A stretch of 64,000 nt of DNA from positions 147,630 to 211,629 of the forward strand of contig JAEZZO010000072.1 of assembly GCA_023418475.1 (NCBI GenBank), given 5' to 3'. Below are positions 10,266-19,512 of this stretch, one piece after another. The notes beneath the pieces were generated by a model, which made no database searches, had not been told where the DNA came from, and was given only the letters and a program-made list of their open reading frames with translations. The first letter of the stretch is position 1, and each line of letters opens with the position of its first letter. The translations under genes and the position numbers were made by a program. This DNA is from Bacillota bacterium (GTDB taxonomy: Bacteria > Bacillota > Clostridia > Lachnospirales > Lachnospiraceae).

Positions 10266-11231
10266 ATGAAGAAAATAGAGATCACAGAACTCCCTGGTTT
10301 TCTGATCGGTAACGCTGAAAACAAAGAAGCAGGAACAGGCTGTACAGTTATTATTAATGAGAATGGTGCGGTAGCAGGAGTAGATGTACGTGGCGGATCG
10401 CCGGGTACGAGAGAAACAGATGCGCTAAACCCCAGTAATCACCGGCAGTGTATTCATGCAGTTGCACTTGCAGGAGGCAGTGCTTTCGGTTTGGATGCCG
10501 CAGGAGGTGTAATGAAATTCCTGGAGGAAAGGGGAATTGGACGTGATGTGGGGGTTGCTAAGGTACCAATCGTCTGCAGCGCTATCTTATTTGATTTAAA
10601 ATGCGGTGATTATAAAATTCGTCCGGATGGATTTATGGGCTATGAAGCTTGCCGTAATGCTTATACTCAATTACCAAAGGAAGGAAATTATGGCGCTGGC
10701 ACCGGTGCTACGATCGGGACCACGAAAGGATTAGATTATGCGATGAAGGGCGGTCTGGGCATGACCTGCTTTCAGTCAGGAGAGCTTAAGGTTGGGGCAG
10801 TTATCGCGGTCAACTGTGTCGGAGATATATTTGATCCGAAAGAAAATCGTTTGATTGCCGGAATGCTTTGTGAAGACAGAACAACTCTGGCTGATACGGA
10901 AAAAGAAATACTTGCTAACTATGAGGATCATGCTGATTTTTACAGTGGGAATACCATTATCGGAACCATTATTACCAACGCAAAGCTTACGAAAGCACAG
11001 GCAAATAAATTGGCAAGTATATCTCATAACGGTATCGCAAGGGCAGTACGTCCGGCGCATACCATATATGATGGGGATACACTTTTTACAATGGCCTCCG
11101 GACAAGTGGATGCCAATATAGACGCGGTGGCTGTTCTGGCAGCTCATGCGGTAGAAGAAGCAATTTTAAGCGCAGTAAGAAATGCAGAACAAGCTTATGG
11201 ATATACGGCTTACCGAGATATACAGCATTAA
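10266..11231 (+). CDS. P1/S58 (DmpA/NylC/ThnT-like) Ntn hydrolase
   Basis: TGCTVI, DVRGGSPGTRET, GGSAFGL, GAGTGA, N-T autocleavage site (GNTIIG) and HTIYDGD. Confidence 0.88.
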   Translation: MKKIEITELPGFLIGNAENKEAGTGCTVIINENGAVAGVDVRGGSPGTRETDALNPSNHRQCIHAVALAGGSAFGLDAAGGVMKFLEERGIGRDVGVAKVPIVCSAILFDLKCGDYKIRPDGFMGYEACRNAYTQLPKEGNYGAGTGATIGTTKGLDYAMKGGLGMTCFQSGELKVGAVIAVNCVGDIFDPKENRLIAGMLCEDRTTLADTEKEILANYEDHADFYSGNTIIGTIITNAKLTKAQANKLASISHNGIARAVRPAHTIYDGDTLFTMASGQVDANIDAVAVLAAHAVEEAILSAVRNAEQAYGYTAYRDIQH

Positions 11232-11295
11232 ATTTAGCTGTGCAGTGAACGGTAACCTTAAGGTTACCATCTAATCCAATCATAAGAAAAGTATG

Positions 11296-11324
11296 TTGAC
11301 AATAAAAAAGGCAGAGGGTACAAT
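11296..11324 (+). promoter_or_regulatory. sigmaA promoter for the thiC leader
   Basis: TTGACA-17 bp-TACAAT directly upstream of the first TPP aptamer. Confidence 0.8.
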
Positions 11325-11331
11325 GATAGTA

Positions 11332-11463
11332 AGCAGGGGAACTAAATGTAGTTGAGAAGGCTAAAAACCTGACCCTTTGAACCTGATGGCTAACACCATA
11401 GTAGGGAGCGCTCTTTCATTGTATGATAGCGTTCATCCATCGGATGGGCGCTTTCTTTATTTC
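11332..11463 (+). ncRNA. TPP riboswitch 1 (aptamer plus terminator)
   Basis: GGGG...TGAGA...ACCC TTTGAACCTGAT...GTAGGGA core; terminator AGCGTTCATCC-ATC-GGATGGGCGCT followed by a T-rich tract. Confidence 0.9.
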
Positions 11464-11580
11464 AGAGGAAAGTTTATCCTGGGAAATAAAAACTCTGCGG
11501 GGAATGTGCAGCTTCGCACATCCGCCGGTTGCACTCGTTATGGAGCTTATTAGGTAAGCTTACAACTTTTAACTGAATAA

Positions 11581-11711
11581 TTGCGGGGGGACTGCTTGCA
11601 GTTGAGAAGGTAAAACCTGACCCTTTGAACCTGTCAGTTAATACTGGCGCAGGGAAGCAGACGTTAGCAATCACGATTGAAAATGCTTGGCTTCTTTGCC
11701 GGGCTTTTTTT
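11581..11711 (+). ncRNA. TPP riboswitch 2 (aptamer plus terminator)
   Basis: GGGG...TGAGA...ACCC TTTGAACCTG TCAG TTAATA CTGG CGCAGGGAA; terminator GCTTGGC-TTCTTT-GCCGGGC followed by T7. Confidence 0.9.
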
Positions 11712-11848
11712 ATGTCATTGGAAAATACGCTTTATGACATAAAAACTCCCCGGGAGGATGCGCAGTTTCGCGCGCGGAACAAAAGCTGTGCATTTTAAGA
11801 TTTATGATCGCGAGAGTGCCCGAAGCAAACCTTTGTTCTGCCTGCGCT
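11708..11848. repeat. Dispersed repeat family B copy (post-terminator element)
   Basis: Hairpin ending ATAAAA, then ACTCCCCGGGAGGATGCGCAG...GCGGAACAAAAG; aligns with 32013-32112 and partly with 11456-11540. Confidence 0.7.
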
Positions 11849-11964
11849 ATTCTGAGTGTACATTGTATGTAAAACGCTTAGGTACTGTATACTTGACACT
11901 TATTAAAATGGGCATTTTCTCTTAGATAATGTAGAAACTTGCCCGGGAATGGAGGTAAATGTTA

Positions 11965-13266
11965 ATGAATTATAAGACACAAATGGAGGCAGCCAAAAAA
12001 GGAATTATAACAAAAGAAATGGAAATCGTGGCAAATAAAGAAAGCCTTGAAAAAGAGCAGCTATGTAAATTAGTTGCATGCGGCCAGGTTGCTATTCCGG
12101 CTAATATTGGTCATACTGCTTTATCTGCGGAAGGAATCGGAGGGGGACTTAGAACGAAGATCAATGTCAATCTTGGAATATCAGGTGATTGTAAGGACTA
12201 TAAGATAGAGATGGATAAGGTAAAGCTGGCACTTGATTTTGGCTGTGAAGCAATTATGGATTTGAGTAATTATGGGAAGACGAATACCTTTCGGCAAGAA
12301 TTAGTTGCTATTTCGCCTGCGATGATCGGAACAGTTCCAATGTACGATGCGATAGGTTATTTGGAAAAGGAATTAACAGATATAACAGCAGCAGATTTTC
12401 TGAAAGTGATAGAGGCTCATGCCAAAGAGGGCGTTGATTTTATGACAATCCATGCGGGTATCAACAGGCGGGCGATTGAAAACTTCAAGCGGGAAAAACG
12501 TTTGACTAATATTGTTTCCCGCGGGGGCTCTCTGCTATTTGCATGGATGCAAATGACGGGAAATGAGAATCCGTTTTTTGAGTATTATGATGAGGTTCTT
12601 GCAATATTGAGAGAATATGATGTAACAATAAGTCTCGGAGATGCACTGCGTCCGGGTTCAATTGCTGACAGCTCCGATGCCGCACAGATCGGTGAATTGA
12701 TAGAAATCGGTCACCTGACCAAAAGAGCTTGGGAGAAAGATGTTCAGGTCTTGGTTGAGGGACCCGGGCATATGGCAATGAATGAGATCGCAGCAAATAT
12801 GACGCTCCAGAAACGTATCTGCCACAATGCACCGTTTTATGTACTTGGGCCGCTGGTTACAGATATAGCTCCGGGCTACGACCATATTACTTCTGCCATC
12901 GGGGGCGCAATCGCCGCAGCCGCAGGAGCTGATTTCTTGTGCTATGTAACTCCCGCAGAGCATTTGCGCTTGCCGGATCTTGCGGATGTGAAGGACGGAA
13001 TTGTTGCAAGTAAAATAGCTGCTCATGCTGCAGACATTGCTAAGGGACTTCCCCATGCCAGAGACATAGATAATAAAATGAGTGATGCCAGACGTCGTAT
13101 TGACTGGGAAGAAATGTTTCACCTTGCAATTGACGGTGAAAAGGCAAGAAGGTATTTTGAAAGTGCAAAGCCATCGGATAAACACAGCTGTTCCATGTGT
13201 GGAAAAATGTGTGCGATGCGAACCACAAACCGGATCCTGGAGGGAGAAAAGGTGGAATTGATGTAA
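11965..13266 (+). CDS. thiC: Phosphomethylpyrimidine synthase
   Basis: [35 protein letters not shown] and C-terminal CSMCGKMC; lies downstream of TPP riboswitches. Start is 11959 or 11965. Confidence 0.95.
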   Translation: MNYKTQMEAAKKGIITKEMEIVANKESLEKEQLCKLVACGQVAIPANIGHTALSAEGIGGGLRTKINVNLGISGDCKDYKIEMDKVKLALDFGCEAIMDLSNYGKTNTFRQELVAISPAMIGTVPMYDAIGYLEKELTDITAADFLKVIEAHAKEGVDFMTIHAGINRRAIENFKREKRLTNIVSRGGSLLFAWMQMTGNENPFFEYYDEVLAILREYDVTISLGDALRPGSIADSSDAAQIGELIEIGHLTKRAWEKDVQVLVEGPGHMAMNEIAANMTLQKRICHNAPFYVLGPLVTDIAPGYDHITSAIGGAIAAAAGADFLCYVTPAEHLRLPDLADVKDGIVASKIAAHAADIAKGLPHARDIDNKMSDARRRIDWEEMFHLAIDGEKARRYFESAKPSDKHSCSMCGKMCAMRTTNRILEGEKVELM

Positions 13267-13380
13267 GAGTAAATAATCGTCTATTTGCCATAAACTCCTA
13301 TTGAAATAAGTCGTCAAATTGTATAAAATATAGAAAAAGAGAGCGATACAACTGGATGTATTGCATATAGGAGAGGATAC

Positions 13381-14223
13381 ATGGCGAAAAGATTATTAGT
13401 ATTATTCATGATTGGGATGTTTGTATTTCTGGGGGTTCCTATTGATGCCAATGCGCAGACATACAAAACGAAAGAAGAAGTATATCGCACAGTGAAAGCT
13501 AATCTTCTGGCACATAAGGAAAGCTTTTCAATTAATATGACTACCAATACGATGAAGGAAATAGGACTGAACACGGATTTGTTTGATGCGGTAATTGCTA
13601 TGGACGATAAGAACACCTCAAAAGATGCTGATTATTTAAAGCTGACAGTAAACAGCTGGGGAGAGAGCTGGAAATGGAGCAGCCTGGGTGGGACAGCGAC
13701 ACTTACCTTTACGGCAGAGTATGAGACAACATTGGAGCAGGAGAAAATCCTGGAGGCCAAAATGAAAAATGCACTGACAAAATTAAAACTGAATAAAGCA
13801 TCTGATTTTAAAAAGGTAAGAGCGATTCATGACTATATTATTAAAAAAGTAAGTTATGATCAAACCTACAGCAGGCACTCGGCGTACGATGCATTGATCG
13901 ATCAGTCAGCCGTATGTGAGGGGTATACAGCTGCAGCATACCGGATGTTTACGGATGCGGGTATTGAATGTAAAGTGATTACCGGCGTAGCGGATGGGGG
14001 ACCACACTCCTGGAATATTGTGAAAGTAGATGGAAATTGGTATAATATTGATCTTACTTGGGACGACCCTATTACGAGTACAGGAGAGCAGGTGCTAAGA
14101 CACGACTATTTTCTGAAGAACACGAAGGATTTCGGTGATCATACAAGAGATTTGGAATATAGTACAGGTGTATTTCTGAAAGCTTATCCGATTGCGGAGA
14201 CAAGCTATCCGTTAAACAAATAA
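13381..14223 (+). CDS. Secreted transglutaminase-like domain protein
   Basis: Signal peptide; intact Cys-His-Asp triad (AVCEGY, HSWN, DLTWDD). Confidence 0.85.
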   Translation: MAKRLLVLFMIGMFVFLGVPIDANAQTYKTKEEVYRTVKANLLAHKESFSINMTTNTMKEIGLNTDLFDAVIAMDDKNTSKDADYLKLTVNSWGESWKWSSLGGTATLTFTAEYETTLEQEKILEAKMKNALTKLKLNKASDFKKVRAIHDYIIKKVSYDQTYSRHSAYDALIDQSAVCEGYTAAAYRMFTDAGIECKVITGVADGGPHSWNIVKVDGNWYNIDLTWDDPITSTGEQVLRHDYFLKNTKDFGDHTRDLEYSTGVFLKAYPIAETSYPLNK

Positions 14224-14232
14224 GATAATTAG

Positions 14233-14303
14233 GAAGGGGGACTTTGCTGCAGATATCATCGGACTTTTAATAGTCTGAAAATACTTGCAGCAGAGTCTTC
14301 TTT
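14233..14303. terminator. Long hairpin between convergent genes (probable bidirectional terminator)
   Basis: GACTTTGCTGCA...TGCAGCAGAGTC inverted repeat. Confidence 0.7.
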
Positions 14304-14322
14304 GTTCTAAGGAAGAGCTGTA

Positions 14323-15318
14323 TTACGGGCATTCTGGAAATGGCTGCCGGTTAGTGTTGGAATTTGTTTCTAATATACGGTCAAAAAGCAGAGAACACTG
14401 CAATGTCAGTTCATGCGGCACAACCGGACTTTCTGTTTTCCCTGACAGGATACATTCCGCTACTTCTTGTATTTCATATACAAAACCGTTTTGGGTTTCC
14501 TCATCTTTGTAATGCTGGATCAGGCTGTTATTCTCTCCGTACAGAAAGGCTTCACATGCAAAATGAGGTGTTGGAAGAACGATTTTACCCTTACTTCCAT
14601 ATAATGTCATTTTTTCCTCCAAAGAAGTCATAAAGCTGGTCTGCAAAGTTGCCAGCGCATGAGTAAAGCGCAGCGATATCTGTTCGGTAACATCAACACC
14701 GGTTTCACTCCATATAGCCTGAATAGAATAATCTTCAAGCTTCTGATTAATAAAAAATGTAGTTAACTCATAGGCGTAAACTGTAATATCATAAGCTACA
14801 CCTCCGCCCAGCTTTGGATTAAAGTATCGGTTCTGACGATCTGCTGGTGCTTTAAACCCGATGCTGGTCTCTGCAAATACCGGCTCCCCAATTCTTTTAT
14901 CCTCCATCCACTGCTTTGCTGTTTTGATTGCCGGTAAGAACCGGCTCCACATAGCTTCCATAACAAATACACCCAGAGCTTTTGCTCTGTGAAAAACAGT
15001 CATTGCCTGAAGACTATTGATAAACATAGCCTTCTCGCATAAAATGGGTATACGATAATCGAGACAGAGCATACATAAATCAAAATGAGCATCCTGTGTT
15101 ACTGCAATATAAACACAATCTATGTCCACCTCTGCAAGCATCCTTTCATAGCTGTCATATACCTTGCTGATACCATTACTTTGGCTAAACCGTTCTGCAC
15201 GTTCCATACTTTTGCTTGCCGCTGCGACTACCTCGCAATAATCCAAAAGTGTTATTGCATGACAAAACTTATTGGCAATATTACCGGTTCCCATTATGGC
15301 AAATCTAAATTTCTCCAT
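14323..15318 (-). CDS. Gfo/Idh/MocA family oxidoreductase
   Basis: GTGNIA Rossmann motif, ILCEKA, MEAMWSRF and GGGVAYD. Confidence 0.9.
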   Translation of the reverse strand: MEKFRFAIMGTGNIANKFCHAITLLDYCEVVAAASKSMERAERFSQSNGISKVYDSYERMLAEVDIDCVYIAVTQDAHFDLCMLCLDYRIPILCEKAMFINSLQAMTVFHRAKALGVFVMEAMWSRFLPAIKTAKQWMEDKRIGEPVFAETSIGFKAPADRQNRYFNPKLGGGVAYDITVYAYELTTFFINQKLEDYSIQAIWSETGVDVTEQISLRFTHALATLQTSFMTSLEEKMTLYGSKGKIVLPTPHFACEAFLYGENNSLIQHYKDEETQNGFVYEIQEVAECILSGKTESPVVPHELTLQCSLLFDRILETNSNTNRQPFPECP

Positions 15319-15501
15319 TACCTCTCCTTTATAACCATCAAAGATTATGAATATACGAAATGAATTTCAAAAGTTATGATTATATTATAGCAGGTATTGT
15401 AGCATGAGTAACCGGACAGTACAATCTTTTTTACCAAAGAGAACTGTAACCAATAACACTGTCTTCGTTTATCAATCATCCGCTATCTGTGAATGATAAG
15501 A

Positions 15502-15529
15502 ATAGGATAGCGAAACCTTTCATAATATG
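15502..15529 (+). promoter_or_regulatory. Putative sigmaE-type sporulation promoter
   Basis: GAATA...CATAATAT resembles the mother-cell sigmaE consensus, upstream of the CwlD-like amidase. Confidence 0.45.
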
Positions 15530-15562
15530 TAGAGAGCATGGAATTTGGAAGCCGTATTAATT

Positions 15563-16285
15563 ATGAAGAAGAAATATTTTAGCGTCATATTTTTAGTGCT
15601 GGTTCTTTTGGCAGTCACCTTAACCTCCGATAAATCAATTAAGGTAATGAAGCGAATGCTTTTTACAAACAACTCGAACAAAGACAGGATTGTGCTGGCG
15701 ATTGACCCCGGACATGGAGGCAGAGATCCGGGAAAGATAGGAGTTACTAAAACACTTGAAAAGGATATAAACCTTAGTATTGCACTAAAATTAAAAAGTC
15801 TGCTGGAGTTAAATGATATTGATGTTATTATGACACGGGAAGACGATGCAGGCTTGTATTCAGAAACGGATACCTATAAAAAAAGAGCAGATCTGGATAA
15901 CAGGGTGAATATTATTCATGATAATAAAGCGGATTTAGCCATTAGTATTCATCAGAATAGCTTTAGTGATCCTAATGTTAAGGGAGCACAGGTATTCTAT
16001 TATACAAAGTCAGCACAGGGAAAACAGCTGGCTGAAATTATTCAGGCACAGCTGGTTGAGACGATAGCCGATGGCAATCATCGTAAGGCAAAAGCAAATG
16101 ATAGCTATTATATGCTGAGAAAGACGCAATGTCCATTGGTTATTGTGGAGTGTGGATATTTGTCTAATTATAAAGAATCTGAACTCCTGTTGCAGCAGGA
16201 CTATCAGGAGAAAATGGCCTGGAGTATACACCTGGCAATCATGCGATACATCAATGAAGGTGGTTTGGTTACGAATTCACAGTAA
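15563..16285 (+). CDS. cwlD: N-acetylmuramoyl-L-alanine amidase (Amidase_3, CwlD-like)
   Basis: IDPGHGG, EKDINL, SIHQN and IVECGYLSN; N-terminal TM; C-terminal pattern typical of germination amidases. Confidence 0.75.
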   Translation: MKKKYFSVIFLVLVLLAVTLTSDKSIKVMKRMLFTNNSNKDRIVLAIDPGHGGRDPGKIGVTKTLEKDINLSIALKLKSLLELNDIDVIMTREDDAGLYSETDTYKKRADLDNRVNIIHDNKADLAISIHQNSFSDPNVKGAQVFYYTKSAQGKQLAEIIQAQLVETIADGNHRKAKANDSYYMLRKTQCPLVIVECGYLSNYKESELLLQQDYQEKMAWSIHLAIMRYINEGGLVTNSQ

Positions 16286-16519
16286 ATTCCCACTAAAAAT
16301 TGATTTTATTTCTGCTTGGTGCTATAATAAATGTTATGGCTTAAGATCATGCCGCAAAGATGAACGAGTATAATGAATAGGCAGATGTTTCATACAGAAT
16401 GCTTTCTCTTATGTTGTGCTTTCATATGCATAACCTTAGATTGGAAAAGCATGCATGTGTGGGACTCTCAATGTGAAATAAGGCAGATCTATGAAACAAG
16501 AGCAGAAACAGAGGAAAAC

Positions 16520-17575
16520 ATGAACACAAAGATTATAAAATTAAATACAGAATGCATACAGGAAGAGTATCTCGAGGAAGCCCGGCAGATACTGCGTGGT
16601 GGCGGATTAGTGGCATTTCCTACAGAAACTGTTTACGGGCTGGGAGCAAATGCACTGGATGAAACTGCGTCTAAGAAAATTTATGAAGCTAAGGGGCGGC
16701 CATCCGATAATCCTCTGATTGTTCATATTTCTAACATGGAGGATATCAAAGAACTTGCAAGGGATATACCGGATCAGGCATATAAGCTGGCACAAGTATT
16801 CTGGCCAGGGCCGCTTACTATTATTCTTAAGAAAAAGGAATGTGTTCCTTCCCAGACTACCGGTGGTTTGGATACAGTGGCGATCCGTCTTCCGGCCAAT
16901 CAGATAGCAAGAAGTTTAATTGCAAAGTCAGGTATTTTTATAGCTGCACCCAGTGCTAACCTGTCAGGAAAACCAAGTCCGACTTTGGCAAAGCATGTAA
17001 TTAAGGATATGAGCGGTAAGATTGATATGATTATTGATGGAGGAATGGCTACTCTCGGCCTGGAATCAACGATTGTCGATCTCACAAGTGAAAGTCCAAT
17101 GATATTACGTCCCGGTTGCATTACAAAGCAAATGCTTGGCAATGTCATCGACAATATCGAATATGATCCGGTTATTCTTAGTAAAAATCCAGATAAAAAT
17201 CTAATCCCCAAGGCCCCCGGTATGAAATACCGCCATTATGCTCCGGAAGGAAGCTTAACAATCTTTGAGGGAGAAACAGGAAATGTGATTGATGCAATTA
17301 ACCGTAAAGCCGGAGAAAGCAGGGCAAACGGTTATAGTGTAGGAATTATTGCAACCGAAGAAACGAAGAATCGCTACCAAAGCGGTATCGTGAAGACGAT
17401 AGGGAGCAGAAAAGATGAAACATCTATAGCGGCGGGTCTTTATGCCGTATTACGAGAATTTGATGAACTGCACACACAATATATTTTTAGTGAAAGCTTT
17501 GCTGAAAACAGTCTGGGACAAGCGATTATGAACCGTCTCTTAAAAGCTGCCGGATATCAGATCATGAAGGTATAA
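16520..17575 (+). CDS. sua5: L-threonylcarbamoyladenylate synthase (Sua5/YwlC)
   Basis: PTETVYGL, KGRPSDNPLIVH, APSANLSG, PGMKYRHYAP and a Sua5 C-terminal domain. Start set at 16520 (RBS GAGG). Confidence 0.95.
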   Translation: MNTKIIKLNTECIQEEYLEEARQILRGGGLVAFPTETVYGLGANALDETASKKIYEAKGRPSDNPLIVHISNMEDIKELARDIPDQAYKLAQVFWPGPLTIILKKKECVPSQTTGGLDTVAIRLPANQIARSLIAKSGIFIAAPSANLSGKPSPTLAKHVIKDMSGKIDMIIDGGMATLGLESTIVDLTSESPMILRPGCITKQMLGNVIDNIEYDPVILSKNPDKNLIPKAPGMKYRHYAPEGSLTIFEGETGNVIDAINRKAGESRANGYSVGIIATEETKNRYQSGIVKTIGSRKDETSIAAGLYAVLREFDELHTQYIFSESFAENSLGQAIMNRLLKAAGYQIMKV

Positions 17576-17733
17576 AAAGGAAATACTCCTGTTTAGAAAA
17601 CATTATAACGCACTTTTAGACTTTGACTTTACGTATAAATAGGGAAAAGGAAATAAGATTTGTTTGATCAATCCACGATGTAATAATTGTGCCGGTTCCT
17701 AAATATGCGGGGTATCGACAGAATGGAGATGTT

Positions 17734-18183
17734 ATGGGAAAATATCAGAAGCTTATATTTGTATGTACCGGAAATACCTGCAGAAGTCCAATGGCGGAAG
17801 CAATCTTTAAAAATCTTGAAAAAATAGGTGATATGAAAATAATTTCAAGAGGTTTGGTTGTATTATTTCCTGAACCGATCAATCCTAAGGCAGAAGTTGT
17901 TTTGAAAAAGCATGATTTAGAACTTGTAAATCATGTATCAAAAGGATTAAAAGAAGTAGATTTTGAAGAAAATACGATAATACTTACAATGACTTCCGGA
18001 CAGAAAAGGAAAGTTGCGGAACTTTTTCCGGATGCGGAGTATGTATATACAATCAAGGAATTTGCAGGCGAAATAGGAGATGTGGTAGATCCTTACGGAG
18101 GGACCTTAGTAGACTATGAGGAATGCTATATTGAACTGGGACGTTTGGTGAAAAAGACATTATACAAACTAAATGATGAATAG
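17734..18183 (+). CDS. Low-molecular-weight protein arginine/tyrosine phosphatase (YwlE-like)
   Basis: CTGNTCRS P-loop and DPYGG; synteny between sua5 and rpiB. Confidence 0.9.
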   Translation: MGKYQKLIFVCTGNTCRSPMAEAIFKNLEKIGDMKIISRGLVVLFPEPINPKAEVVLKKHDLELVNHVSKGLKEVDFEENTIILTMTSGQKRKVAELFPDAEYVYTIKEFAGEIGDVVDPYGGTLVDYEECYIELGRLVKKTLYKLNDE

Positions 18184-18197
18184 TAGGAGGCTTTCAT

Positions 18198-18629
18198 ATG
18201 ATAGCGATTGGCAATGATCATACCGGATATGCATTGAAAAAGGCAATTACGGAGTATTTAGATTCGAATGAAATTGAATATAAGGATTTTGGATGTGGAG
18301 ATGTGACCTCCAGCAATTATCCGGATTATGCAAAGGCTGTTGGTAAAGCAATACAGAATAAAGAATGTGAAAAAGGCATCTTGATTTGCGGTACCGGTAT
18401 CGGGATTTCAATTGCTGCAAACAAAATGAAGGGTATCCGTGCTGCTTTGTGCCATGATTGTTTCAGCGCAGAAGCAACGAGACTGCATAACGACGCAAAC
18501 ATCCTTGCGATGGGGGCAAGAGTAATAGGTGTCGGGCATGCACTGAAAATAGTTGAAACCTTCTTAAATACATCTTTTTCTGGTGAAGAGAGACACATCA
18601 AAAGAATTAATATGCTTGAGGAGGACTAA
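18198..18629 (+). CDS. rpiB: Ribose-5-phosphate isomerase B
   Basis: DH, YPDY, CGTGIG, HNDAN and RH..R motifs. Confidence 0.95.
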   Translation: MIAIGNDHTGYALKKAITEYLDSNEIEYKDFGCGDVTSSNYPDYAKAVGKAIQNKECEKGILICGTGIGISIAANKMKGIRAALCHDCFSAEATRLHNDANILAMGARVIGVGHALKIVETFLNTSFSGEERHIKRINMLEED

Positions 18630-19108
18630 TTAAGCTCAGCTTGATTGACCGGAGCTTTTAATGTATCAAAATGACCTTCATATATTATTTTCAGCAGGGA
18701 ATTAAGAGTACGCAGAGCATGTGCAGCTTCTGCCTGTGAGATAAGTTTCTGCTCGAGAGCATCACATAGCTCATCAATATCCAGAATACGTACCGAACCG
18801 TCTTCATAGATAATTACGTCAATTAACAGATCTTCTATGAGGACGGTATTTTTGTCTTCATCTATCTTAGACTGAATAATATCACAATACCAATAAACTA
18901 TGTGATTATGTTTGTCATATATTTTGCTTACCTTAAATCCCTTATCCAAAAAGAAAGCCGAAATACCTCTTGCAATATCTTTGCGTGGGTGTAATGTTAC
19001 CCATTTCGTAATAATCAGATCCTTCTCTGATACTACGATAAGGTCATCCTTCAGATGAACTAATTCATTCGGAATAAAACGTCTCCGATAGAGAGAGGGT
19101 AGATTCAT
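18626..19108 (-). CDS. DUF402-domain protein
   Basis: YWYCDI...EDLLIDV...ILDIDEL pattern; RBS AGGAGG. Confidence 0.8.
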   Translation of the reverse strand: MNLPSLYRRRFIPNELVHLKDDLIVVSEKDLIITKWVTLHPRKDIARGISAFFLDKGFKVSKIYDKHNHIVYWYCDIIQSKIDEDKNTVLIEDLLIDVIIYEDGSVRILDIDELCDALEQKLISQAEAAHALRTLNSLLKIIYEGHFDTLKAPVNQAELN

Positions 19109-19512
19109 AAAAAACCTCCTTGTTTAATTGAACAGGAACCGAAACTGATCAATATATTCTATGTTCTGCTGCAATATTTCCTGCAGACTGCTGTGTATGG
19201 TATGTTATTATATTGAATTTAGAAGGGAATTATTAATATATGATTTGAGTACTGAAGGTATGGTATCAGCATTCAAATCATATATAGGCAATTCAGATAA
19301 ATTTATATTATTATATCATGAAAAAATAATAAGGTATAGTAAAATAATTCGACTTGATGATTCTTTTGAACAGTAACACGATTGCAAGGTCTAAGACAAA
19401 ATCCGGCTTACTGCACTTGTATCATTGTATAAACTTCCTGATTATGGATAAACTAACAGTTAAGTTAGAAATTGCCAATTAAGCGGGTTATACAGCAGAA
19501 TGGAAGGTTTTT

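Noticed and set aside
11965..13266. BzaA/B/F (benzimidazole synthase) rather than ThiC
   Set aside because: It is preceded by TPP, not cobalamin, riboswitches and has no B12 genes nearby.
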